A DNA stretch of 64,000 nt from Porphyridium purpureum (taxonomy: Eukaryota), in contig VRMN01000010.1 of assembly GCA_008690995.1 (NCBI GenBank), forward strand, positions 1 through 64,000, written 5' to 3'. The notes under the pieces are model-generated. The model saw only the letters and a list, made by a program, of their open reading frames with translations, was not told the DNA's origin and searched no databases. Positions 43,510 through 55,031 of the stretch are shown here, in pieces. Numbering within the stretch: position 1 is the stretch's first letter; every line of letters starts with the position of its first letter. Both the position numbers and the translations under genes were made by a program.

Positions 43510-45600
43510 ATGGCTTATCGAGAAAAGGGGAAGGAAACACACCCGCAAAAAGGTGTCATGGAGTCCTTCCCGATCCTAGAGTTCAATGCCGCTCACATGA
43601 GACCGCCTCATATGGTGGTATCCTGGATGAGGGCGTTGGAAAATTTCACTAAAGCGGAATCTGGACCGTTCGGTTATATATTCGAAATGAAGCAGGCACG
43701 CGCGCAGTATCCAGGCAAACACGGCGGGCCGGCGGTACAAGAGCCTCAGAGCTGGCGCGAGAAAGAGTTTGCAAGACTGCAAATCCAAGCGTATGCCGAA
43801 GTGCATAAGCACACAAGGCTGACGAGGGAGAAGATTTGTGGCTTGATGGTTGGTCAACTGTCGCGCACTTCTTTAGGTATACTTGAGATGAAGAATATTC
43901 GGAAGGATCTGACTACAGATAGAACCGATCCACTGGAAAGGAAGAAAGCGATACTTGTCATGCACATGACGCCCGTGGGAGCGAGCGACATCAAGCGCAA
44001 AATGTTCACGCGTGCGTGCTTTCAGAAAACCGTCATGGGCAACGGTGAAAGTATTGGACACTTCAGGGAGCGATTCTCTGACTCTGTCATAGTCATGGCC
44101 GTTACACAAAAAGCGATGATGGAGGAAGAGCGGATTAATGAAGGTTTCAGTACGAAAGTACGAAGAAGCTGTGTCAACTGTTGTCCACACTAGTCGACTT
44201 CTCGCAACTCTTAGCAAGGTTGTTCAGTACCTTCAGACTTAAAATCACGCAGCGACCACAAGCAGTAGGACATTCGCGGTCCGCACACATAGCGTGTACG
44301 TTTGATCAGGAAACATTCTGTCACCAAGCTGTACGGCATTTGCAGGAGGTAACGGCATCACACACGTACATGTTCACTCACGAACAAATACAAAAGAACG
44401 CATGATTCCAAGCTCGTCACGAGGCTGAGGAATGAAACAGAGAGAGTGAAGACCGAACTGGAAAAGATGACTACGACATGAGAGGCTGCACGGCAGCGTC
44501 CTCGAGCAGGGCACACGAAGTCCGCTGACTGGGCCAAACATGTAGAAGATAAGGAATTGAGTGCGAGCCCCGGCTTGGAGTCAGAGGTAAAAGAACGCGG
44601 AATGGAGTGGAAAAGTCGCGCAGCTCTCTGGACGATTAACACAGGAGCACAGTCGGCGGAAATCGGCACGATGTCGAGTGAGCATGACTCTGCATCCCGT
44701 GCATTGTGAACAATCATAAAGAAAACGAAAGAAGTTATTTTGTTGTCCGGTATTGTGCGAGGAACAAGCCGTGTGTTGATGGATGAAGTTGGTGAGACGA
44801 TGTTTCATGCGTTCTATTATCTGGACACATTTGCAGGTAAGTTCCTGTCTGTCAGCCTGATAGTGGAGTCTGGACAAAACCATCGGGCATCTTGAAGCAT
44901 GCAAGCAGACACGCACAAAGTCATGGAGAGCAGCACTAACGACAGGCAAGGTGGAGTAGGTTGGCGATGCAAACTTCAGACTCTTCGTAAAAAGCACAGC
45001 ACCTACTATAAAGCCCAAAATTCACGAAGGAACCGCATCGGATTTTTAGCGTAAGCATTTGAATGGCTTCGGCTTCGGCTTTGGCGGTGGTGCAGCATGT
45101 GTAAGGGCAAACTCGGTGAAATCCCATCCACCCGAGTCAGGCCTGAGGCTGCTGCGGGGATGCATAAGCAATACTTATTGGAAAAAGATACGCAAGGTGA
45201 ATATTAATGTGGAGTTTGAGCACGTGCGGTGCGGTGCGGAGACCGAGAGATTTCCGGGTCTTATGAACGTCGTGTAGAAGACCTGGCATCTGAGAGCCTA
45301 TGCTGCCATCAGATCAGGGCAGGAAGATGAATTTGGTGTAGGCATTACTCAAGGCAATCTTTGAGGATTGTGTACTGCACATCCATACTACTTCCTTGAC
45401 GGAGACGATGGCCAGTATGAGAGAAAATGGTACGGAACAACGCCGCCTCAAAAAGGCCACTGATGTGAATGAAGTACAGACAGAGACAACCTTCTTTTTC
45501 AAATGCGAGGAGCCGGGGCACAAGACGTATGACTTCCAATACAGTCACGGGTCGACAAAACGCCAGCCGGCGCTTGGAATGGGGCACCCGGCGGCCGCAC
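43510..45600 (+). mobile_element. Degenerate LTR-retrotransposon gag-like relic
   Basis: MGNGESIGHFRERF gag-like motif; decayed zinc knuckle FFKCEEPGH near 45.5 kb; many stops. Confidence 0.5.
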
Positions 45601-45891
45601 GGCAGCACTACAGAATGCTCGCCCGAAGGCATTGTTGAAGCCCGGTGTAATAAAGTACGTCGAGCAGGATCTAGACAAGAAAAATACCCCCGCGGTTGCA
45701 GGTGGTCCAAAATTGGCCCTGTTGGACTCGTCACTCACCACAAACCAACTGCACTCCGCACTTTCACTTTCCTGCCATCTTGTCACTCCTGACGAGGTTG
45801 TTGCTCTGCTGTCCATGACAGTAGACGTACCTGGAGTGAATGGTTTATAGATGGAGACTGCCAAAATGGAAATTGGTGCCGGGCTGATATG

Positions 45892-47279
45892 CAGTGCGTG
45901 ACAATTACTTAAAGCACATGCTTTTTTACCTTGTCGAACAACAATGGTGAATTTGGTTCGAAATAGTTAAAAGTCAACATTCTGGCTCGAAAAGGAAGTG
46001 ACAAACGATTAAAGACAGGTATGTTTCAGAGTATTTACTAGAAGATTGAAAGATAAAATCAGGTTCTACAAGCGGTATTTCCTTCCTTGCGCCGAGGCCA
46101 ATTCAATGATCCTCTTTGGCAGGCTTTTCTACAGGTTTCTGACGTAGTAATGCCCCATTTTCTCCAACGCATCCTCGATTGCTTCTCGTAGCTCTTTCAC
46201 ATTAGAATACTGCTTGCATCCACCGTAAACCTGACGTGTCAAATGGCCTCATACATTCTCGATTGGATTTAGGTCTGGCAAAAGCGCAGGCCAATCCAGA
46301 ACCTCCACGTTTCTGCGTTGCAACCAGTCCATCGTGATTTTGGCCCTGTGGGAAGCAGCCCCGTCCTGCATGAATTTGAAGTGTCTAAACTTTTCTTTAG
46401 CCTGCACAGTGAGTCGAGACCTGTCCAATATTTCCACGTATTTTGTGCCAGTCTGGCCGCCCGAATAGAAGTCTTTTATGAACAAAAGAGCAAACTTTCG
46501 GTCGCCGTTTATCGCTCCCCAGACCATCAAGCTATGTCCGCCACAAGCACGACTCAAACGTACAGTTGGCTCGTCCTCCAGGCCCGTCCAGTAGAATTTC
46601 AAGCCATCAGGACCGTCCACATTCCACTCTTTCTCGTTTGTAAACACGACATCGCGCAATTCCTCGCGTTTCCGGTGGTGATCAAGCACACATTTTACAC
46701 GTGCCTGTCGATGGCGATCCTGCAAATGCGGCGTTTTCTTGCACTTCTTCCATGTGTGCTCATTTCGAATGACACGTCGGGCCGTTTGCAATGAGACTGG
46801 CTTGGCACGTGTTGACAAGATGCCTGCGTGCACCTGGCTTGCAGTAGACAATGGCTTCGTTCTCAGGACATTCTGAATCTTTGGATGAAAGTAAGGTGTC
46901 ATTTTTGCAGCATTCTCATTGGGTCCGCGTTTGCCGTACTTTTCCGGGCGTTTTAGGTAGTTCCTTTCTACCGTTACTGAGCAAGATCCTCCCAGATGGT
47001 CCGCGATCACCCGCAGTGAGTGACTCTCAGCAACCAAAGAAGTAATTACGCCTTGCTCTTCCTCACTGAGGCCTGGCGCTTTTCCCATGATTTTCCCCCG
47101 CCGCGAGCTCAGTTCCCCGCACTGTAGAGCTTGGAATGCGTCTTTGCCTGTAATGTTTTTAATCGTTTGGACGCTTGCAATGGTCACCGCAAAGTCGACC
47201 TATCGTTTTACTCTAAAATTATCTTTTTGGGTGGAAATTATAAAACGTACGAGTGGTTTTAAATGATTGTCAATTGCGG
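45892..47279 (-). mobile_element. Degenerate Tc1-like element (DD34E transposase pseudogene)
   Basis: VVFTNEK (first D changed to N), FMQDGAASH, WPALLPDLNPIENV-stop (W to stop); decayed TIRs sharing TGACAAT..TTAAA.CAC. Confidence 0.85.
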
Positions 47280-47289
47280 TACGCCTACG

Positions 47290-49614
47290 CATACTCAATA
47301 TTGGAAATGCTTATTTAATAATCCGTCATCAAATCGTAGTTCAATGCCATTCTGAATGCTTGTAAGGATGTGGTAGCCCAAAAGGAATCTCTTTGTCAGA
47401 GAGCATTGGCTCATTTGCTTCCTTCGGTCTGAGGCTACATCCCTGCGCAACCAAACGAGCCTTTGGTATCCTCTAGTCCGGGCTGAGCTCCCGATTCTCC
47501 AGTGTATACAGAAATCTAATTTGGACGACCTCTACGTCGTGTTTCTGGATGTGGTTATGCGTGGTAGCTTCGCTCAAGTCGAACGTTCCTGCTTTGGAAT
47601 ATGCGGAAAGCTCCTTTTCGACTACTATTCCCCAGTCGTACGGAGACGATTTCACCCGGTGCACGATCCTTTTTGAAAACCGAATGGTTTTGGGGGTTTC
47701 CTGGTTCTGGCGGAGCGCCGGAAACCCCATTCAGCTATTTCTCTGCCATTTGATGCCATGGATGAATCCTGAGCATTTTTATGACCCCCATACTAAATAT
47801 CTTGGACTCGATGGGTTTCGCGATCATCGCACGTACCATACGGAACGTCAAAAATATCTTCCTAGGATGTGCTGAAGGGTTCAAAGTCTTCTTGTTTCGT
47901 CTCCTGCTCGAAGTTATCGACCTAGAGAGTTTCAAAGGCACTTTCTAGCAAGTGCATTCTTTCATGCCGTGGTGTGCCGTGAGCCGACCGAGGCTCCTTA
48001 CCTGCAGCGGTTCTTGTATGCTGTCTTTTCTGTGGACATATACTTCGGGTACGTCCCGGAGCCGGTTTGGATCGTTATCGCGGTACATACATCTGCCATT
48101 CTGGAAACCATGATCTCGAGCATTGTCCAATTCTAAGATTTTTCAGTTCTTGTCGACCAAAATTTGGTCCTTTCCGTCCCATGCTCCAAACTTGGGCTTT
48201 TGTAGTCATCGCTTCTCCACATGAAATCCCATCTGTTTTGCACACACTCGCTCATTCATATTAAGGATGGGGCACCTTCAATGGTGTTTATTTTAAGCGG
48301 TCCTATTTAAAGCTTGACTTTGTCCAAACCGTAAACTTGCACCGTACTTGAAATCGTGCGAAGAGCCCATCTCCTTTGATCCTTAACAGCTTTTTACGAA
48401 CACAAGTGGTGTTGTGTGGAATGTATTGGCTCACCTCGTCGTCTGTGATAATAGATCCATTCAGACGCTATGTGATGCACCTTCACTCCTGCTCATCTTC
48501 TCCTCCATGATCTGCCAATTTTGCATGCAGTGCTTTCTCTTCCTGTTTCAGCTCATTTTCTTTGCTGTTCACGGCTTTCCTTGCCGAGTCGTATTTTCGC
48601 CGTTCATCCGGCGTAAGGTATGGGAGGCTGTCCAGATCACGCTTATATTTCCCCTGTTTGCATTTCTTCCTTTTCAGAGGTATACTTGAATAAATGTTTC
48701 GCACAATAGCAACATGCCTGTGACTTTCCGCCATGCTTCTCATTTTGCAATAGAGGTTTCTGTTTGTCTTTTACGGAATAGTACGCGCTGCTATTGGTCT
48801 CTGTGTTGTCCACCTCAATAATCATCTTCTGGATGATTTTGAAATAATCGGCACTTGTGGCTTGTGCGACCTTAAATTTAAAAATTGCATCCTTGATACG
48901 TCTTATTTTGGCTTTCATGGTCCCTACATAATGCGAATGCTCTGAGGAAATGCTGGATTTATTCCAGTCCTTTTTTACCTCAGCGTCCCATAAATCAACG
49001 AATTTTATCTTATCGCGCATGCTTTCACATTTCATCTTTGTCAACTCCGTGATGTCACATTCCGCGCTCGACTTCATGTGTCCTTACTGTACCGTGCGCA
49101 GTGCGCGTATCATTCCGTAATCATCATTCACATTTGCCAAAGTTGCGCAGCTTTCAGCTATCCGTGCGAACGGCGTGTCGCTGTTCAGACTAGCTTAAAT
49201 TGCCTTCAAAAGTCTTTTCCCAAAGTGACGGGTCACCTGGTGAGTGAGAGCAATTGCCTGACTGTTATAAAGGGACACCCATTGTAGTCTCTGCTGAATG
49301 CATTGCTCGACTTCGGCTGCGGACGTACTACACAGTGCTTTCACAAATTACTTCACTGTCTGGCGGAAGGAGTCGTACTTCTGTTTGGAGAATACCACCA
49401 GCGGGATGGACCTGTTGGGCTCATAACCTTGCGTAGTAACATCCAATAGTATCTAGGATGCCACGGAGATTGTACTCCAATTGACCGATGCTCCCGCTAA
49501 TACACTCGGACCAGTTTTTCACGACTGCTAGTTCATTTCACTGCGCTGTAAATGTTATTACCGTGGGTAGACTAGTACAGTAGCTATTCTTCTTTCCTTG
49601 TGTAATACCCAACC
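47290..49614 (-). mobile_element. Degenerate Copia LTR retrotransposon
   Basis: Copia-type PBS GGTTATGAGCCC (49417-49428, minus strand); gag remnant with CCYC; W...EKEL..Y...GTF and KARLVAQG (47441-47464). Boundaries approximate. Confidence 0.75.
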
Positions 49615-50396
49615 GTTTCCTAGTCTCTTGCCCGAAAAGTAAGACTTTTGCCATTTAGGCCTTTGTGATTGTTCCTTTTCTGTCCGGCTCGTGACGGCAC
49701 GACACACGAAAAGAATGCTCCTCATGGTTCCATCTTCATTTTTCTCGGCAATTCAGATGCGGTTGTTTTGTCACACTGCGCACTTTCAGGTTGGCCGAGC
49801 GTCTCGATATCACTTCATTTCGATCATACCGAGGTAGGTCGCTGGCTCCACAGCGGACTTCGCGCAAGGTGCTCCAAAGAGCCCATAAAGGCGCACGGGA
49901 GCTGATAAGGCGACTGACTCGGAATACCTCTGGGTCACTCAGTTCCGTAGCCACGGCCTTCCACAGACACGAAAGTGTCTATTTTAATCTTCACACGCTT
50001 CTTAAAAACCCTTTCGCGCTTCCTAAACGACAGTCTTCCGACATGAGGCGCGCTGTTTTACCTTGGACTTGCCGTTGCGCTGGCAGCCGCCAACAGCGAT
50101 GCGGGACAATCTTTTGTCAGCGCTTTCGGGTCAACTTGTAGTGACATCAGAATCACTCTACCCTCGCGTCTCGATTAGGATTTCTAGTATCGCATGGATG
50201 CACTTGGAGGAACTTGGTTTTGACACTTTACCCTGCCGACTTGTCACTATTCGTCCTGCTTGTCGTCATGCCTGTTTTTTTGCGGATCATAACTACTGCC
50301 TAAATCACAACTCCTTTTCTCTCTTCTCGTGACGAGCGCGTAGCCGCGCGAGAGGGGTGTTAAACGCGGGTAGACTTGCGGCGCACAAGAGAACGG

Positions 50397-51773
50397 ATGG
50401 GCGACGCGGCGCGGTTTGCGGATGTCGAGCTGCTGCTGCGGCGCGCAGGGCCGCTGGCGCACGCGGCGTTCGAGGCCGGGCCGGAGAACGGTGCGTTTAT
50501 AGCGTCGCAGTGCCGCGTGCTGGTTATTGGCGCGGGCGGTCTGGGATGCGAGCTCCTGAAGGACCTGGCGCTGAGCGGCTTTGCGCGCATTGATATCGTG
50601 GACATGGACGTCATTGACGTCAGTAATCTGAACCGCCAGTTCTTGTTCCGCGCGCACGATGTTGGCCGCTCGAAAGCAGAGGTCGCGGCGGCGTTTGTGC
50701 GCGCTCGCGTGCCGCGCTGCAACGTCACTGCGCACAATGCAGACATCACGCAGCTCCCGGCTGATTTTTACCGTCAGTTTAATCTCGTGGTTTCCGGGCT
50801 CGATTCCATCGATGCGCGTCGCTGGCTCAACGCCTTTTTGTTCTCGCTGCTGGAGCGCGACGCGACGTCCGGAGAGATCGACCCAGCGTCCATCATCCCG
50901 CTGGTCGATGGCGGAACCGAGGGGTTTCTCGGACAGGCCCGCGTGATCATTCCGGGCTTCTTGGCGTGTTTCGAATGCACGCTTGACCTATTTCCGCCTC
51001 AGCGCAATTTCCCTCTATGCACCATCGCGAACACGCCGCGGCTGCCGGAGCACTGCATCGAATATGCGCACGTGGTTCTGTGGCCCGATGTGCGCCATGG
51101 CGAGCGATTTGACGCGGACGATCCGGCACATGTTCAATGGGTGTTTGAGCGCGCGCTGGCGCGCGCCACTCAGTACGGTATCCAGAACGTCACGCTGCGC
51201 CTCACGCAGGGCGTGGTCAAGAATGTGATTCCGGCTGTCGCATCCACGAACGCAGTGATTGCCGCTGTATGCGCGCACGAGTGCCTCAAGCTTGCGTCGT
51301 ACCTTGCGCCTAGCATGAACAATTACATGATGTACAACGGTGAGGCAGGTGTCTACTCGTACACCTACCAGAACCAACGTCGCCCGGACTGCGCAGTTTG
51401 CGGAGTGCCGGTACCTCGCAGGCTTGGCATTTCTGCCGGCTCTACGCTCAACGAATTGCTGGACCTTATTGCTGCGGATGCAGAGCTGCGCGCACGTTCG
51501 CCCAGCCTGCGCTGGATTTCGGGACATGCGCTGTACTACAGTGCGCCGCCCGCGCTGCACGTGCAGACAAGCGCCAACGCAGAAAGGTCCTTGATTGACC
51601 TCTTCCGGGCGTGGCATATGCAGAACGGTCTGGCGCCAGACGCACGTGATGCTGCAAACGAGAGTGAGAATGGTCCAGTGGTTGACGCGCAGCGTTCTCC
51701 GCCCGTGATGAAGCTCAGTGTGGCAGACCCGCACTTGCCGCATGTGCGTGAGGTTCACGTCGAGCTGTTGTAG
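50397..51773 (+). CDS. UBA3: NEDD8-activating enzyme E1 catalytic subunit
   Basis: VLVIGAGGLGCELLKDLAL, DMDVIDVSNLNRQFLFR, GLDSIDARRW, FPLCTIANTPRLPEHCIEY. Confidence 0.96.
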   Translation: MGDAARFADVELLLRRAGPLAHAAFEAGPENGAFIASQCRVLVIGAGGLGCELLKDLALSGFARIDIVDMDVIDVSNLNRQFLFRAHDVGRSKAEVAAAFVRARVPRCNVTAHNADITQLPADFYRQFNLVVSGLDSIDARRWLNAFLFSLLERDATSGEIDPASIIPLVDGGTEGFLGQARVIIPGFLACFECTLDLFPPQRNFPLCTIANTPRLPEHCIEYAHVVLWPDVRHGERFDADDPAHVQWVFERALARATQYGIQNVTLRLTQGVVKNVIPAVASTNAVIAAVCAHECLKLASYLAPSMNNYMMYNGEAGVYSYTYQNQRRPDCAVCGVPVPRRLGISAGSTLNELLDLIAADAELRARSPSLRWISGHALYYSAPPALHVQTSANAERSLIDLFRAWHMQNGLAPDARDAANESENGPVVDAQRSPPVMKLSVADPHLPHVREVHVELL

Positions 51774-52153
51774 CCATGGCGATGATGTGCTGCCAATAGG
51801 ACAGCAAACGCGCGTGACCAACGTGCCCGCGCTCGCGATGCATGTAAGTGTGTAAATGTCTAACTCTTTTTCTTGTACGATTGAATCGTGTCCTGGAAGA
51901 ACGGCGTGCACCACTGGCATGACTGCCCTAGGTCTCTCCTGCCCATTTTTGGACGCGCGAGAATTCGCGCATTTGTATCCGCCTGTCTTGTCCCGCACCC
52001 CAGCGCCGGTGCGCGAGCGATGCATCGCTTACGGAATATCACGGCAAATCGCGCGGGGCCCACATCGACGCGCACGCATGAGCAAGCAAACACCAAGATG
52101 AAACAGAAACGCATCCCGAAGAGGGGCATTTGTCCGGCGATCGTCATGCACGC

Positions 52154-54202
52154 TCACAAAAGCGGAATAGCACTAGAGCGGCCATCCGGATTGTGCAGCG
52201 CTAGATGCGCGGGTGAAACGACACACCATTCGTACCAAACGCGCGTGTCGTCGGTCTTTCGCCAGATGTCCAATACGCACTCGCCGCCGCGCGCCATGTA
52301 TACTGGCTCTGAAATAGGTATAAAGTACGGGAACCAGCTGACCAGGCCATCGGTGCCTGCAGCGCCCGGCCGTGTCGACAGGGTCACGTCTTTGTACAGC
52401 ACTGCGTCAAAGTATCCGGCAAAGCCGTGCAGATTATTCGACTCACTGATGCTGAATGTTAGTGAGCGATATCGCTCATTGCTGGCGTTGCTCCCGGGAC
52501 TTGCCGAGGTAGGCCCTGACGAGGCGCCTGGGAGCTCAAACACAAAGCATTCTTCCTCGGGCGCCACAATCATACCCCGATGGATGCTGACGATGTACGG
52601 GCTTTCAAAGTCGGCACGCGCACGATTGCCAAAGGCGCACACTTCGTTGTACAGCTTTGCCGACGCCAGCGGGGCGACGAATGATGACACTTTCGACGGA
52701 ATGCACACGCCGTCTGGCTTGAGGTGGTCGCGTGCGATGGCATCAATACACTCGGGCGCGAGCTCATTATCGCCAAAGGATCCAAGCATCTCGCACAGGA
52801 TCACGTCTGCCTTGGCGTCCGGCCGCCATGCACGGTAACCGCGCGCGCAGTGGACCACAATCACGTCGTGCTGATCTGTAGACGCGGTGAATGCGTCATG
52901 CAGCGCGGCACACGCGTGCGCGTTCTGCTCAGCCGCGTAAATTTGGACCGGCATGCTGGTGTCCGCGGCGGCCGCCAGCACAAGCCGCACAAGTGCGCCG
53001 CGTCCGGCGCCCATCACTAAAATCACCGTCTTCATCTGGCCTCGTTTACGTGCTGACAGGCACTTGCGTAGAGCCTCAGAGTACTTGTCGTATTTGGCCG
53101 GGTCGCTCTCGAATGTCTCGTACGTCTGCGCCTCCACGCAGCTGTTCAAGAGCAGCTGCGACGCGCCACGAGTACAGCTCTCGCCGGTCGGCGCCATGAG
53201 AAAGTCATTGTACGGCTCGCGGAACTGCTCAACGGCCGAGCGCTCTGACTTGCCGAAAAAGTGCGCGAGGTACTCGACGTAAAAGCGGTAGCCCTTGTTG
53301 AGGCGCTCGAGGCCTGCAGGCAGCTTGTGACAGAGCGCGAGGTGCGGGCGGTACTTGAATAGGATGCGTAGCGACGTCTGGTGCTGCTTGATGAGAACTG
53401 GATACCCGTGCTTGTTCATCTGAAACGCCGACGTTGACAAAAACACGAGGCGGAACGGCTCTGCGGCCCAGCGCGCCATGGACGCGACGGATGGCATCTC
53501 GCCACCGAGCTCCATCGCCACGTACAGATTCGGATGAGAATCACACATGCAACGGATGGCGTTCCACATTTCCCATGTGTCGCCGTTGCGAAGGGATGCG
53601 CGCGCCACGTCGTCTGCCACCTTGACTGGGATGCGCAGCCAGATCTGCAGCGCCGGGTGCTTATGCAGAGCCGCATTGATGCAGCGTCCCATGTTGGCAA
53701 TACCGGACGATGCGCCGCCTAGCGTCGCTTCCACCACGACCGCGCGCAGCGACAAGTGCGCCGCAAACGCCACCTCCTGGAAAAACGCCTTTTCGGCGTT
53801 CTTGCGCACGCGATCGTGGATACTATCCAGGCAGATCCAGGGCGACACCTTTCCGATGACGGAGCTCATCCACTCGCCGGACGACAGCTCCATGTCAGAG
53901 CGCGTGAAGGGCTCGTCGCGGATCACGCCCATGTGCTGTGCCGTGACCGACCCGCCGGCGCTCCCGACGCCATGCGCAGACTTGTCACGCCCCAGCGCGG
54001 AGGACGCGAGCTTGGAGCGCGCCTGCTCGGCGTTGTGCACATTGTCGAACGTGCGCTCGTACCGCGGGTGTGCGAGCGGCAGCACGAGAAAGTCGAATTC
54101 TGCGTTCTGGTATGCCTGGAGCGTCTCGCGCAGGCGCGGCACCGTGATGAGATCGATGCCGACGGACAGCTGCTCGCCCGTCTTTGGGTGCGTCACCACC
54201 AT
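52154..54202 (-). CDS. PRMT5: Protein arginine N-methyltransferase 5 (Skb1/Hsl7)
   Basis: TIM-barrel part PFTRSD...GKVSPWI; QTYETFESD..KY, GAGRG, EMLGSFGDNEL.PEC, HGFAGYF, SWFP. Confidence 0.96.
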   Translation of the reverse strand: MVVTHPKTGEQLSVGIDLITVPRLRETLQAYQNAEFDFLVLPLAHPRYERTFDNVHNAEQARSKLASSALGRDKSAHGVGSAGGSVTAQHMGVIRDEPFTRSDMELSSGEWMSSVIGKVSPWICLDSIHDRVRKNAEKAFFQEVAFAAHLSLRAVVVEATLGGASSGIANMGRCINAALHKHPALQIWLRIPVKVADDVARASLRNGDTWEMWNAIRCMCDSHPNLYVAMELGGEMPSVASMARWAAEPFRLVFLSTSAFQMNKHGYPVLIKQHQTSLRILFKYRPHLALCHKLPAGLERLNKGYRFYVEYLAHFFGKSERSAVEQFREPYNDFLMAPTGESCTRGASQLLLNSCVEAQTYETFESDPAKYDKYSEALRKCLSARKRGQMKTVILVMGAGRGALVRLVLAAAADTSMPVQIYAAEQNAHACAALHDAFTASTDQHDVIVVHCARGYRAWRPDAKADVILCEMLGSFGDNELAPECIDAIARDHLKPDGVCIPSKVSSFVAPLASAKLYNEVCAFGNRARADFESPYIVSIHRGMIVAPEEECFVFELPGASSGPTSASPGSNASNERYRSLTFSISESNNLHGFAGYFDAVLYKDVTLSTRPGAAGTDGLVSWFPYFIPISEPVYMARGGECVLDIWRKTDDTRVWYEWCVVSPAHLALHNPDGRSSAIPLL

Positions 54203-54957
54203 TGCGAACCCCGCGACGCGCGCCCTCACGCGAGACGAGCAGCCGATCGCTCCACCGCGACGCAGACTCACACGCGTACTCCACCGCCGAATCCGCAGCA
54301 CCACTCTTCACCACGCATCCACAGCACTTCCCACGCTCCCCCTCACCGCGATGCTCCTTCTCCTGCTTTTCACTGTTTCACGCGTGCACCCGGCGGCCCT
54401 CTCCCTTCTCTTCCCCGCCTCCCCGTACCACCACCCACCACTCCACGAGCACTCCCACCGCGCGCGCGCCGCTGCCGCGCCACCCAACCCCTACCGGCGC
54501 CCTCCTCAACCCCTAACCCCCAACCCCTCCCCTCCCCACCACGCGAGACACCCAAGCACTCCTCCTCCCCTCTCTCTCTCTCGGTCCCCTTCACCCCCCA
54601 CCTCCTCCCGCTCTCTCAGTAACACGCGCCGCTAGGGTTCCTCCGCTCCCACGCACCGCTCTACCAAAACGGGCACGTTTACTCAGAACCGACCACACAC
54701 ACACATACGTACTGTACCTCATGGCACACACACTGTACAGACACCCAACTGTACCTGATTGCACAACTGTACCCATATCCGCACTGAACCTCGTGACACG
54801 CGTGCGGGTACAGTGAATGACCCGACGGAATGCTGGAGTGAAACCGCAGGAACCCTAGGGAACCCTAGGGAATGGTGGTGCGGCGCGCGGGCGAGATTTG
54901 TGTGCGTGCGCGTTGTGAGGGGAGAAAGAGACGGGGACGGACAGACAGGTGTGTGTT

Positions 54958-54961
<4 letters not shown>

Positions 54962-54990
<29 letters not shown>
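54962..54990. repeat. (GA)n microsatellite in the divergent PRMT5/CDF intergenic region
   Basis: Read directly. Confidence 0.95.
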
Positions 54991-54993
<3 letters not shown>

Positions 54994-55031
54994 GGTGTAG
55001 GCGTGGCTGGGCATGACTCGCTGCAGGGTGC

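Noticed and set aside
51015..54635. Long antisense ORFs over UBA3 and PRMT5
   Set aside because: Shadow ORFs caused by GC-rich codon usage on the opposite strand
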